DNA of 64,000 nucleotides from positions 310,001 through 374,000 of the forward strand of contig RDEW01000040.1 of the NCBI GenBank assembly GCA_011109175.1. The letters are read 5' to 3'. The position numbers were made by a program, and so were the translations under genes. The stretch comes from Dicyema japonicum (lineage: Eukaryota; Animalia; Dicyemida). Each line of letters opens with the position of its first letter. Within the stretch, counting starts at the first letter, position 1. Under the pieces are notes generated by a model. It was given only the letters and a program-made list of their open reading frames with translations, was not told the DNA's origin and ran no database searches. Below are positions 40,510-52,529 of the stretch, piece after piece.

Positions 40510-40790
40510 AATGATCCCCGCCGACATAATTGACTTTGCGTTGCCTCTCACGACTGCAACAGAGATCAACTAGAGATGACACCGAATCTCACGTGCGTCG
40601 TGGATTTTTAGTGTAGCCAGATGTCCCAGCCTCTTTATGAAAACGAAACGATTTCCCGTTTATTCGTCCGCTTTTCTCAACTACTATGGGGCAGAAAATG
40701 AACCGATCGTCCAGTGATTCGTATTTTTTCTCCTTTGCTTTCATTGCTTTTTCCGTAGCATACAGTATATCTACCGCGCTCTCGACAATA
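40510..40790 (-). mobile_element. CRE-clade 3' relic
   Basis: EKKYESLDDRFIFCPIVVEKSG..SVAVVRGNAKSIMSA; same subfamily as 62775-62875. Confidence 0.8.
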
Positions 40791-41337
40791 TTGGAGGGGT
40801 TTTTTTCTATAACCTTTAAAGAAATTATTTATTTGCTTTCTCTTAGAACGATTAGGATCTTTTGTATAGTTTTAGTAAAATTACAGAGGAAGATTTTCAA
40901 TCAGCCTGATAAGCTTATTGCCTTTCTGAATTGATGTCAGTAATCCTTTTCCAAAATCTGAGATGATATTGTGGGCAAGTTCTATAAACATCATCAAAAC
41001 ACAGTTAAAGTGGATGAAACTATACGAGTAAAGTTATCCATAGGCATCTGGGTCACAGGAAACTGATATATTGGGATGGTCGATGAATGACATGCTATTG
41101 GAGGATGTATTTGATCAAAAGTCTGAGCGAAGAAATTAAAAAAGAAAACTCAGTCCGGGACGGTCCAAACTATATACTACGAAGCACCTGAAAGTGCGTC
41201 GACATGATTCAAAGAGGAGGCATATTGAAGACGAGTCTGTTAATTCATTTTAGTTAATCTTTAAAATAAATTTTTCATTACTTCAGTAATCCTTTGAGTT
41301 CAGAATAGATCAATTTAGTTTAAGGTTCCGATACCTT

Positions 41338-41605
41338 CCCACTGGCGTAGTGGTTAGGTGTCGGGCTAAAAGTGACTTAGGTTACGGGTTCGATTCTCGC
41401 TGCTGTTTACCTAGTAGAAGGTTTTACGCATCTATGATGCAGAAAGGGTTTGACGAGTGACGACGTCATCAGTGGATACTCACTGCGGAACTGGATTGTC
41501 TAAAAAGGATTCACACACAAGAAAAAGAAAAAAAAAAGTGAAGATCACTCCTTGGATCTACGATTAGTTAAAAATTAACTGTTCTTTACTTAAATAAAGT
41601 ATGTG
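41338..41605 (+). mobile_element. tRNA-derived SINE family A, full-length
   Basis: A-box TGGCGTAGTGG at 41343 and B-box GGTTCGATTC at 41387; colinear with 34592-34870. Confidence 0.88.
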
Positions 41606-42119
41606 TCCTGCCTATGCGGAGCTATAAATACTATGGCTCTCGTGAAAAGGCTTTATTATTATACCTTCCCACTCTCCTTTCAAAAAAGTCCACGAGTAAC
41701 TATGACCGGAGATTCCTGTGTTTCTGTAGAGAACCAAGAAACCTATTGGGTAATTCGATTACTCGAGCAGAGGAACATCGATCTGTCCTAGAGCAAAGGG
41801 TAGGACTTGAAGTTGGGGGACTTTAATGTTAATCATTAAGACCTTTTATTCGTTTGAATGAAATCCTAATTAATGCTAATGACGATGAGTAATTCAAATA
41901 TAATGACACGTGGTAATTATGAGTTATTAAGAGGAGGGCATTTCTCAATATCATTAACTCGGTGTTTTTATGAGTCCAATGCATCCTCTAGTTGCAGAAA
42001 GGTGCGCCTGTTTTCTTAACAAGGGGGTTACTCTAGTCACAGAACCGAAAATTATTTAAAAAACAAGAATCAGCGATAAATTAAAGTGAATACATGGGCG
42101 TCAGGTGATCTCAGCCTCC

Positions 42120-42600
42120 ATATGCCATATCACCTTTCTTTAATGTTGTTCCGAGATCCGACGCACTCCCGAAATACCTTTACGTAGTCTTTTGATGGTG
42201 GTATAATGTAGTTTAGATGTTTCAAGACATGGAAATCAAAAGTGATTCCAAATATTTGTTTTTTAAGGATAGTGATGGCGCTGAGTTGGTCAGTTTTTTT
42301 AACGTAAATATAGTAGTGCATGACTTCTCTGTGTTTGTAGATAATAAGTTTTTCTCTATCCGTTTGCATAGGTGTGGATCAGATCTTGCATGTCTTATCT
42401 ATTTATTTTATTACCCCAGGGTCACTAAGTTAAAAAAACTTGTCCTCTGCTAACTAAGTGCTCCCGAACTGACTAAGGGAAGGCTGAACCTATCCTGGAC
42501 AAGGGCCTTTTAGTGCACTTCTCATTTGACACGATGTCCGTTAGTTGAACCAGACCAAGTCCTCAGTTCCAATAGGTGATTAAATGAAGGGATGAATTTC
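42120..42600 (-). mobile_element. Jockey/I-like LINE post-RT relic
   Basis: NTEKSCTTIF followed across a frameshift by K.IFGITFD..LKHL. Confidence 0.45.
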
Positions 42601-42689
42601 TCTTCTGATATTTTTACTTATGTCTTTGTTCAACAGGAGCATCTTCTCTCGTACAATAGACTGATATATGCTCTTATCGCCATAAATAA

Positions 42690-43200
42690 CGACCAACTGG
42701 TAAACATCATCAACTTTATAATTCACTTGTTGAATGGATTTTAGGGATGGATGCAATCAATGGTTTTATCACTGAAGGTATCATCATTTAAAGTTAAGGT
42801 ATTTGGTGAAATGCTTGGAATCAATGATCTTGAATATATTAAAGCCTACACAGATCGAAAGGCAATCATTATGTATCTCAAAGATGGAATGAAGTGAAAG
42901 AAGACACAATAAAAATTGTTTTAAGAAGACAGAGTCAATTAATTGTCCTGATTCATTTGCTAATGAATTATCATAAGGAATAGTAGTTCAAGAAAAATCT
43001 AAAACTAAGGGTTTTCATTGTATTTATTACCAAAATGGTGAATTCCAATTTTCGAACCAAGGAATNATCAATGCTTTTATCACTGAAGGTATCATCATTT
43101 AAAGTTAAGGTATTTGGTGAAATGCTTGGAATCAATGATCTTGAATATATTAAAGCCTACACAGATCGAAAGGCAATCATTATGTATCTCAAAGATGGAA
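42690..43200 (+). mobile_element. pogo/Tigger CENP-B HTH relic, duplicated across an n
   Basis: SLVEWILGMDAINGFITEG..KVFGEMLGINDL, homologous to 1790-1930. Confidence 0.65.
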
Positions 43201-43369
43201 TGAAGTGAAAGAAGACACAATAAAAATTGTTTTAAGAAGACAGAGTCAATTAATTGTCCTGATTCATTTGCTAATGAATTATCATAAGGAATAGTAGTTC
43301 AAGAAAAATCTAAAACTAAGGGTTTTCATTGTATTTATTACCAAAATGGTGAATTCCAATTTTCGAACC

Positions 43370-43780
43370 AAGGAATGGTCTATACTTTTTTTGTTGCATG
43401 TATGTCCTTTATAGACGATCCGGTTCAGAGTGAAATGTTCACTGCGTCACTCGTCAAGCCAAAGAATCGTATATGTGTGTAATTTTAAGTCGGAATGTAC
43501 ATTGGCGATAACTAAGAACCANTTCATTTGCTAATGAATTATCATAAGGAATAGTAGTTCAAGAAAAATCCAAAACTAAGGGTTTTCATTGTATTTATTA
43601 CCAAAATGGTGAATTCCAATTTTCGAACCAAGGAATGGTCTATACTTTTTTTGTTGCATGTATGTCCTTTATAGACGATCTGGTTCAGAGTGAAATGTTC
43701 ACTGCGTCACTCGTCAAGCCAAAGAATGGTATATGCGTGTAATTTTAAGTCGGAATGTATATTGGCGATAACTAGGAACC
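43370..43780 (-). mobile_element. SINE family A fragment, duplicated across an n
   Basis: TAGACGATCCGGTTC..ATGTTCACTGCGTCACTCGTCAAG, homologous to 34140-34359. Confidence 0.7.
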
Positions 43781-43827
43781 ATCAGGCCTCTTGCCTGGCA
43801 CTCGTTACACTGCGTCAAATTATTGAC

Positions 43828-43882
43828 AGGGCGAAAATTTTTTAATAAGAGCGATAGGAAAAAATGTTGAGAAACACTTATT
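43828..43882 (-). mobile_element. hAT-like terminal sequence
   Basis: Reverse complement GTGTTTCTCAACATTTTTTCCTATCGCTC..AAAAAATTTTCGCCC matches 485-545. Confidence 0.45.
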
Positions 43883-44039
43883 TAAATGATGATTTGTTGA
43901 CGTCGTCTGTTTTATGATCATAACTAACCTTCTTACGTCAAATATTTTGATTATTGGAATTTAGTCGTCATGAACATATTTAATCATAAAATCAATAAGT
44001 TTACTTATCTCACTTAAAATTATTTAAACAACCAATTTT

Positions 44040-44470
44040 CAATGAAGGTTAATTCTCGCCAACTTGAGCGTGAGTCCAATGATACAACTGTGAAAGAGAT
44101 TCTACTAGTTTCTCCCTGGCCAACTCCACTGGTGAAAATTCCCACTATGAAAACTCTTTCGCCTAAGAATGAAGTGATATCCTCGATGGTAATACGTGCG
44201 ATGAAAATGAAAGTGGGTGGATCTACTTCTCCGCCTCTCTTCGGAAGTGAGAGTCTGTAATTCATTATTGGAGGAAGGATAAGGTCGACAAAAGCAGATG
44301 TTCTTTAATGGATTCCTTCCTTGGATTACTAAAATTGTAATAAATATATAATTTATTTAGGTAGTGAACAAAANTACTTCTCCGCCTCTCTTCGGAAGTG
44401 AGAGTCTGTAATTCATTATTGGAGGAAGGATATGGTCGACAAAAGCAGATGTTCTCCAATGGATTCCTTC
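44040..44470 (-). mobile_element. Divergent LINE RT relic, homologous to 58290-58900
   Basis: YRLSLPK..DITSFLGERVF..TSGVGQG resembles RT domains 3-5. Confidence 0.5.
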
Positions 44471-45146
44471 CTTGGATTACTAAAAATTGTAATAAATATA
44501 TAATTTATTTAGGTAGTGAACAAAAATTATTTTCACGCACCACTCGCAAACCTTCTTATACGTTATTGAAATCAGAACAACACTGACCTGCATGTCTTTC
44601 CTCGACACATTTGCATGGCTCAAGCTTCTTCCCTGAGCATTACTCGAAGCACTTCTAAACAATTACTCAACACGAATGAGCCTACTTCCGGTTCCGGCTC
44701 AATATTTGTATGAGCCACGAGGACAGATGCGGAAAGATGGTTGACGTGAAAAATTTAACACCTTCTTTTACCAATCGACTTTTGGGCCACAGCAAATATA
44801 CCAGTCAGATATCTGTGGGTGTTCGCTTTGGGAGTTACTTTCTTATCCACCAATTTCCTTCACTTGAAAGGATTGAGGGTAAATAAAATATCGTCTTAGT
44901 GCTGTCGGTCGAGTCGCGATTAGCTGTTGCTCTAATTTCCACACCAATCCTACTTTTTCGATCTGCTCTGCGTCTTCTTCAAATCCTAAGAGGTATCATT
45001 TGTTATATCTGTCCTATAGAGACCCAATACATGTAAGGCAACCAAAAAAATCTATCTCTTCTCTATTTCACTGGAAGGGTTTTAAAAATCGAGTATATGG
45101 ATACTTGGATATGATGTGTTTCACTTCGGCAGTGGGAACACGATGT

Positions 45147-45260
45147 ACATTTCTGACATAACCGGAGTCATAACAATATTTGATAGACATTTCTGACATA
45201 ACCGGAGTCATAATATTTGATAGACATTTCTGACATAACCGGAGTCATAATATTTGATAG
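45147..45260. repeat. Minisatellite, three copies of a 37-40-bp unit
   Basis: ACATTTCTGACATAACCGGAGTCATAA(CAA)TATTTGATAG repeated head to tail with no spacers. Confidence 0.95.
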
Positions 45261-45637
45261 TTACCCTTGCTAAATCAATTTTCTGAAAAATCTATTAAAT
45301 CATTGTGAAATCTCTCACAAAATGTCGTGTAGAGTCAAAAATTGAAATTCAATTAAAACCATTTTTGCATCAACAATAAATCCCATGGGTGATTGTAAAA
45401 CAGTCACCATAATATAGATAATTCTTACAATCATTTTAGTAAAAGCAATTGAAGTCTTTTCCGATTACCTCAATAATAAGCTGACCTATATCAATAATAG
45501 CGATTAAATATAGAAATAAATTCAAAGAGAAAAATAAATTAATCTTGATAATTCAATATGACGTACAACGTTGTATTTCCCCATAGAATTTTTGACATAA
45601 AATTAATCAATTCATCATCTCACTGAGCAGCAAAACC

Positions 45638-46880
45638 CTAAGACACCATTACACCCACAACAGAAATCACAAACAAGTCCATGAAACAAAGTAAACCACC
45701 CATTAAACAGNCAAATCCAGAGGGAAGCTTACATTGTTTCCAACCAAGTTCGTCGAAGCGGACGTTAATTAGTGACTCAACTGTTTGCTTGAGAAACTTG
45801 TCTATTGAAAGTAGAATGTCATATTGTTCGTAGCAGGGTGAACATCGGAGTAGATATAGAAGCTTGGGTAGTCCGATGTTGTTTCTCATCAGGAAGAAAG
45901 ATGTGTGAGAGTCGAGACATGACAATCTTTTCGCAAGGCGTGTTAATTCTTCATTTTTGGAAAGTAGATGGTTCTTGAGTTCTTCGCTGAGTGGGCATCC
46001 GAGGAAATATAATTTATCAACTGGCACAGTCGGGATCCCAGGAAGCAGTTCGTTAAAAGACTCCTTGATAGAGAGGAAGTCGGTGTATGGATATGAGACA
46101 TTTATTAGCTCTGATTTGTTAACATTGATGTCCAAGCCCAAATGTTTTAAAGCGGGTAACGCTTTACGTAATGAATTGTATGTTTCTTTGAACGATCCTC
46201 CAATTGTGGCATCATCGAGGTACCAGAGATTTAGCTGAGCATCAATTGAACTCACAACTTCATCAATGGTCAAGGCAAATAAGAGAGGTCCGAGCGGATC
46301 TCCTTGTTGGACACCCGTTTTTGATTTAATAATTTCATTTTCAAAAACCAAAGACGTATCTTCCCCATAGGATAGATTGACAAGAGGGAAAAGCTTTGGA
46401 GCCATCTTCCAACACGTTTTCATAATTTCATCTCTTCTGAGAGAATTGAAGGCATTCGTTATGTCCAACTTGATTCCAATGCATTCATTTGAAATATTTT
46501 TATGTGTGAAGAAACGCCTTGCTGCATGAACCGCAACCTCACATCCGTTCTGGATACTAACACCAATTTGTTTAGGAAAAAACTCCTCTCCGAGTTGTCG
46601 GCTCACCATGGTCGATGCTACTTTTGCTGCAAGTCTTCTAAAATAGTTCCCGACCACAATGGGGCGGATTCCTCCGTTGGGTTTTTTGAAAGCAAGTAGC
46701 CTTGCAGAGAATTCTCTGGCATATTTTGGGATGTCGCCGTTAACCATTTTTCTGATTAGGTCCGCAATTGATTTGACTAGACAGCGTCCTGCTTCCGAGG
46801 TGTAAGTGGACGTAAGGTCCTTAATATGGCCATAACGTAACCCTTCCAAGCCTCCACCGCTTCTAGCCGCGAAACGTGTA
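45638..46880 (-). mobile_element. CRE-clade reverse transcriptase, open for about 380 codons
   Basis: LLAFKKPNGGIRPIVVGNYFRRLAAK, QIGV..GCEVAVHA, KLDITNAFNS, GVQQGDPLGPLLF, WYLDD and LPKLLYLLRC. Truncated at an n (45711). Confidence 0.93.
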
Positions 46881-46929
46881 AATTAAAATTATATATTTAT
46901 TAATAAAATATAATTTTATTTACTTATAA

Positions 46930-47320
46930 TTTCATTCCCCACAATTTTATAGTGCCCCAAAATTTCCATATTTTTTTATCGATTTTCCATTTTACTCTGC
47001 CAAAATGTTGGCCAAAAAAAATGCCCCAAAATCCGAGGGTGCCCCACCCCTGGGGTCTGCCCCAATTCGGGGTCGGACTGTAGTGTACTTATAAATGGTC
47101 GTATTCACTGTAAACCAGCAAAAAAGAAAGATTGTATTTACAGCGAGATTTTCTCGGATGAGGATGGACTTNNNNNNNNNNNNNNNNNNNNNNNNNNNNN
47201 NNNNNNNNNNNTTTTTTTTATCGATTTTCCATTTTACTCTGCCAAAATGTTGGCCAAAAAAATGCCCCAAAATCCGAGGGTGCCCCACCCCTGGGGTCTG
47301 CCCCAATTCGGGGTCGGACT
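46930..47320 (-). mobile_element. TA-flanked TIR end (CAGTCCGACCCCGAATTGGG), repeated across the N gap
   Basis: Same terminus as 50040-50059 (CAGTGCGACCCCGAATTGGG); ends at 47080 followed by TA. Confidence 0.65.
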
Positions 47321-47759
47321 GTAGTGTACTTATAAATGGTCGTATTCACTGTAAAGCAGCAAAAAAGAAAGATTGTATTTACAGCGAGATTTTCTCGGAA
47401 GAGGATGGACTTTTTTTGTATATAAAAGTGAACGAATACTTATACATTTTTACAACGACCTGCAACACAAAGCCAACAAATGTTTGAGGAAAGCGAGAAT
47501 CCTACGGGTCTTGAATGCAAAGAAAAATCATATGGCATTTCGTAGCTGGAAAATATCGCATAGAGACAAAAGACTTTAATATAAAACAGCTGAAAGATGC
47601 ACAACAAATGGAGCTATTAAATTAAAATTAATTCCAAAGACCACTGTTAAACCAAAAAACTAAACTAAGTAATCCCGACAAATTGGATCAAGGCTCTCAT
47701 TTTTGCTCGGTGTTGATCCCTTGAGCCTATACAAGTTTGTTGCGGGCGAACACTTCCTT

Positions 47760-48060
47760 TTTGGCATTTGTATCCATTTTTGTTTTTTTCCAATTAGTTT
47801 CTTCATGGGCGTCAGTGATTTAATGTTTTCCCTGTATACCATCTCTCGGTTAGTTTGAAGTCCCTTTTCTGGGTTGCGGAGATTTTCTGGATGTTAGTAT
47901 AAGAGGCCAGTGGTCCCCATGAAGTACACGCATATGAAATGCATGGTTCGATGTACTGTGAGTAGAGAAGGTCGACGACATCGTCTGCATAAGCCAGAAG
48001 CAGGTCGTCTTTTCCATTCGGCGTCGGAATCTCAGCTGTATTAGAAAAGATAAAAAGAAA
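47760..48060 (-). mobile_element. L2/CR1-like RT fragment
   Basis: LAYADDVV and EPCISYACTSWG. Confidence 0.65.
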
Positions 48061-48073
48061 ACCTCTACATGCT

Positions 48074-48370
48074 ATGATGTTCAATTTAACAGAAGATCAA
48101 AATGTTGATATTAAACAGTCTAGCCAATGTTTAGTTACGGAGAACAACTCTCCAGGGACTGAGGGAATGCTATGTTACGTCCAGGATCATAATGTTTTCT
48201 TCGAGAAAAATGGTGCAAAATGCAGCTATTGCAATTCAGCGAAAAAAGGAGTTGATCATCTGGCGACAAGGTGTGGAAGAATGCTCAATAGTGACTAATG
48301 AAGTCGTCAGGTGCATGAATATACAATGCCGATTTCTTTCAGATTCACACCTTTAAATACTCTTGGTGAC
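48074..48370 (+). mobile_element. R4/Dong-like C-terminal relic
   Basis: EGMLCYVQD..CSYC..VDHLATRC. Confidence 0.7.
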
Positions 48371-48374
48371 TTCG

Positions 48375-50059
48375 CAAGCCCAATTATAAGCGGTTTATAC
48401 ACAAAAGAAGTGTCATACGTTCTTTTCTTATTTTATGTCCGCTGTGTGACTCATTTCTTTCAACAAAACTCTTTTTGGAAACGGCTTTATAAAATAATGC
48501 AGTTTCATCACAATTGAGAATGTTTTCTTTACCATATTTCTCAAACAAATCATTGAAAATCGATCGGAAGTTTTCCACACTTCCTTTATCTGCTGATTGT
48601 GATTCGCCATGTTATATTCTGAATTTTATTTCGAATTGCTTCTTAAATCTGTAGCCATCCATTGGAAGCAGTGAAATCTTGATTTGAATTTCTATATGCA
48701 ACTTTACGTGCAATTAGCTTTAAGGTTGGCACATTTATCGGGAAACCTTTCGACCTGAGATTACGAAAAATCTCGTAAACTTGGGCATTCAATTCGCTAG
48801 GATTCCTTCTCTTTTCTTTTTTAGTCGGTATAGCATTCATTTAGAGATGTTAAATCTTTCACAAATCAATTTATCCTATAGAGACCTGTCTATATCCTTG
48901 CAAATTCTGATCTTTTCACTTTGAATTTAGAGATGTTAAATCTTTCACAAATCAATTTATCCTATAGAGACCTGTCTATATCCTTGCAAATTCTGATCTT
49001 TTCACTTTGATTTAATTTTCTAGGCATTCGCTTTCTAAAATTTATAGAAAAACTTTAAAAATTGATAATTAAAATTCCTTACCAGGTTAATTAGTTAACT
49101 AACTAACTTACCAGGTTAAATAAATTTCAAAATTATTGATAATAAATTGGCAAAACAAGTTAGAATAAATGAATATTAATAAATCAAAAATTATAGAAAT
49201 ACAGTAAAACCTCTCGAATCCGCCAAATTTGGGACCTAGAAAATTACAACGGATTCGAGAAGTAAATTTAAATTTTTTTATAAATTAATAAAATGCATTT
49301 TTTTTTAATTTTAAAGACTAATTAAAAAATGAAAACACTAATTTCCTTTAAAATAATCAGTTATTCTTGATTTAATGTTCGTTTTGATGTTTCTACTAAC
49401 ATCATCGAGGACATTAAAGACATTTAAGTTAACTTTATCCTGTTTAAAGTACTTCCTCAATGTATAGACAGCATTCATTGCATCATAGTCTAAAACGACT
49501 TGTTCATTCTTTTGTTCTCCATCATCAATGCATTCTTTGTCTTCATCATCATTTTCATTCAAATTTTTCAGGATGTATACTCATAGAGAAGAAACTCATC
49601 TTCTGGAATTAAATCATTTATTTGCAGTCTAGACACGAATTCTCGATAAGTTTCATACGAAAATTAATTTCTTTAATTAAATCTTGGTCCATTTAGCATG
49701 TCAAAAACAGTTTATTATTTTTGTACTATTTAGCTTTTTCTATGCTTGATAAGTATAAATTTAGCATCCTTAAGGCGTATTTTTTTACATGCCTCGGTTT
49801 ATAATTTTCCTAGTTCAATTTTTTCAGTTTTTTTAATTAAAAAATAAAAATAATAAGAAATTAAAAAAATTATTTTTTAAACATGCGGAGGATTCGAGAG
49901 GTTTTACTGTATTAATGAATCGTTTATGGTAATATAAAATTTTTTCTCGTAGGGGGGTTATTTCTTTAAAAATCATCGTATTTTATAGGGATGGCGAAAA
50001 TATTTCCCAAAAAGAGGGTTTCTCCACTACTTGGGTTTACCCAATTCGGGGTCGCACTG
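48375..50059 (-). mobile_element. pogo-family transposon, 5' part, interrupted by a nested MITE
   Basis: 5' TIR ending at 50059 with TA; MPRKLNQSEKIRIC (psq-type HTH); GFPI..FTASNGWL; NCDETALFYK..KERMTLLLC. Confidence 0.8.
49202..49909 (-). mobile_element. Tigger-like internally deleted element (MITE-like)
   Basis: 20-bp perfect TIR CAGTAAAACCTCTCGAATCC at both ends, TA on both flanks, and a transposase C-terminal KSRITDYF remnant. Confidence 0.92.
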
Positions 50060-50099
50060 TATAATTTTTTAAATTGCATTGATCTGATGAAAATTCTAT

Positions 50100-50600
50100 G
50101 CTGTTCAGATGTGCATAAAATTTTTCAATTGAATAATCGAGTAGTTCGGTATTTGAAATCATCTTAATTAAAACCAAATAGTTTGAACTGATTTCGGTTA
50201 AGCGTGGAAACATCGTTGGAATAATAACTAATTATTTGGCCTAAAGTAATTAAGAATCGAAACATTTTTGATTAAAATTCCATCTTCTTCAAATTCAGAG
50301 ATAATTTTAATAATTTCTGGAAGATTCTTGGAGTAATGTTTGGCTGCTTTTAGTCAGCTTCCCATCTTGTGACAACAACTTCGGGTGGATTTCCTATTTG
50401 TGAGAACATTTCTCAGTGTCTTTAAAAAGCGAGTTTCGTTGACTTGAGCTTCATCACAAACCAGAAAAACATATTTCCTACTATTAAATAACTTAAAAAA
50501 TAACATTAATTGATTCTGAATAATATCTATTTTACATTTTGAGATTTCTTTTATATTTGATCTACATGTTGATTCGGATGGAAAAATTATATGTTTCATC
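50100..50600 (-). mobile_element. hAT-superfamily (CGGBP-like) transposase relic
   Basis: YVFLVCDE and GS*LKAAKHYSKNLPEI, compare TRWG.WL.AA.YY..N. Confidence 0.5.
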
Positions 50601-51170
50601 TTCAAACAAGCGTATGAGAGAAGGGTGTCTCACTTTGTAAATTGGGATATTTGCCTCCAAAAATGTGTTTATTACTTTCATAGCTCAAGTTTTCCGAGTA
50701 TCGGTTATCTCGGATATGAAGGTTTGTGAACTCTAACCCCCTATCTCCTATAAGTGAACCGAGATTTTTAATTTGTCGCCACTTTTCTCCTAGGACGTTA
50801 CTCATTCTTCTTATCTCTGTGAGTTCTGTTTTTTCTCTGTTCACAGTAAGAAATCATTTCCCTAGTACATCTGGTGCTTTTCTAATAGGTGTTCCAGGAC
50901 CTCTTTGTCTTCGGAAATTAGGTCTACATCGTCCGCGTAGATCACTTCTTCCGTCGTTCCTTGGTATAACGGTCTAAGTTCCCTCATAGCGACTTCCAAA
51001 TAAATTGTGAATAGTAGAAGAGAAAGAAAGTCTCCTTATGGAGTGCCCGTGTTTGTTTCAAATTTTCTTGAATAGGTCTTTTCGACTCTCATAAGGAGCT
51101 CAGTGTTGGAAACTAGATTTCGGGTCATCCTTAGACTCGACTCATCAAGAAATCCGCTCAGTAGTAAGGT
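50600..51170 (-). mobile_element. RTE-type LINE fragment, same subfamily as 32300-32720
   Basis: KFETNTGTP, YADDVDLISEDKE and colinear nucleotide similarity to the 32-kb copy. Confidence 0.85.
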
Positions 51171-51219
51171 TAAATAATTTTAACCTTATAATTTTAAATT
51201 TTAACTATTTAACCTAATA

Positions 51220-51300
51220 ATTTGAGTCTTCTAGGGAATCGGATCGCTACACGAAGAGGAGACCCTCGTAAGCGCTGCTGGTTATTTGAGCCCTGAGTTC
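51220..51300 (+). mobile_element. CRE-clade 3' tip
   Basis: GGAGACCCTCGTAAGCGCTGCTGGTTATTTGAGC, an inverted homolog of 51955-52025. Confidence 0.75.
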
Positions 51301-51399
51301 TATATAACAACTACACGTTGTAAATTGTTTTTTGTTGTGCATTTTGTTTAATATACATTTATAATAAAATATAGTTAAAAAATCATTCTAATGATTATT

Positions 51400-51812
51400 T
51401 ATTAAATTATTAAATGATTATTAAATTAAATTTTAACTGTTCTAACTTAGTTCGCCCTAGTTATTATAACAGTAAGAAACCATTTCCCTAGTACATCTGG
51501 TGCTTTTCTAATAGGTTATTATAACAGTAAGAAACCATTTCCCTAGTACATCTGGTGCTTTTTAAATAATTATTTATTTACTATTATTAAATGATTATTA
51601 AATTAAATTTTAACTGTTCTAACTTAGTTCGCCCTAGTTATTATAACAGTAAGAAACCATTTCCCTAGTACATCTGGTGCTTTTCTAATAGGTTATTATA
51701 ACAGTAAGAAACCATTTCCCTAGTACATCTGGTGCTTTTTAAATGATTATTTATTTACTATTATTAAATTAAATTTTAACTGTTCTAACTTAGTTCGCCC
51801 TAGTTATTATAA
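51400..51812. repeat. Higher-order tandem array (X-Y-Y)2-X
   Basis: X = AAATTTTAACTGTTCTAACTTAGTTCGCCCTAGTTATTAT (3 copies). Y = AACAGTAAGAAACCATTTCCCTAGTACATCTGGTGCTTTT (4 copies), matching RTE sequence at 50840-50890. Confidence 0.9.
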
Positions 51813-51894
51813 AGAGGAACCCCAGAGAAAGAACAGCATAGTTCATCGTTGTTCCGATAAATTTCATTAAGAAAAGAAATGAGAGTAAACGGTT

Positions 51895-52030
51895 ATATAG
51901 CGGCTGCTCTGACTGCGTGGCTATTCCCTCTCAGGATGGCGAGCGAGATTCGCTCAAATAACCAGCAGCGCTCACGAGGGTCTCCAGTTCGTTTATCGAT
52001 CCAATTCCCTAGACGACTCAAAAATTCCAG
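51895..52030 (-). mobile_element. CRE-clade 3' relic
   Basis: TGDPRERCWLFERISLAILRGNSHAVRAAAI*. Confidence 0.85.
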
Positions 52031-52129
52031 GATCCGATAAATTGTCTGTAGATAATTGTCAAGGTCTTTTTACTCTGGGCAAAAGACGTACCCACAGCCA
52101 AAAGGAACTTGATCTTCCTCTGATATTTT

Positions 52130-52520
52130 TCTTACACATATGAGACATGTTTTTGAAAAAATAATGAAGCATCAAATATCACACAAAGTATTTTAGGGTA
52201 ATTAACCATAGGATGGAGAGTATTGTTTAGAAATAACGTTGGTTCCAATTTGTAGTGAAAAGTGTTATTGTGGACTTTTCAATTTAAGGTCCATCCAAGA
52301 GGAAATTTTGTCAGTATGTTCTTGCATGACCACCACGACGGTGACAAGAGGCAATTATAATCTCGTTGGCATAAAAAGGAGAATTGTGTTTTGGTTTGTT
52401 GGTAAGCTTGATAGATGAAGATTAAACGAGGCCGGAGATAGGATCGAACCTTGAGGAACGGCGTTTGGAAGGTATCGATAATAAGCTGTTGTCAAAGATA
52501 ATGAAGAGTACCAACTTCTG
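52130..52520 (-). mobile_element. Jockey-like RT fragment
   Basis: VPQGSILSPASFNL..LPT. Confidence 0.6.
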
Positions 52521-52529
52521 AAATCCATC

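Noticed and set aside
45147-45260. CRISPR-like 37-bp direct repeats with a small TGAC/GTCA hairpin
   Set aside because: Units abut with no unique spacers, no cas genes are present, and the context is eukaryotic. It is a minisatellite.
49079-49120. ACTTACCAGG repeats resembling the U1 snRNA 5' end or a spliced leader
   Set aside because: No downstream U1 stem-loops or Sm site. It lies in the 5' UTR of the pogo element.
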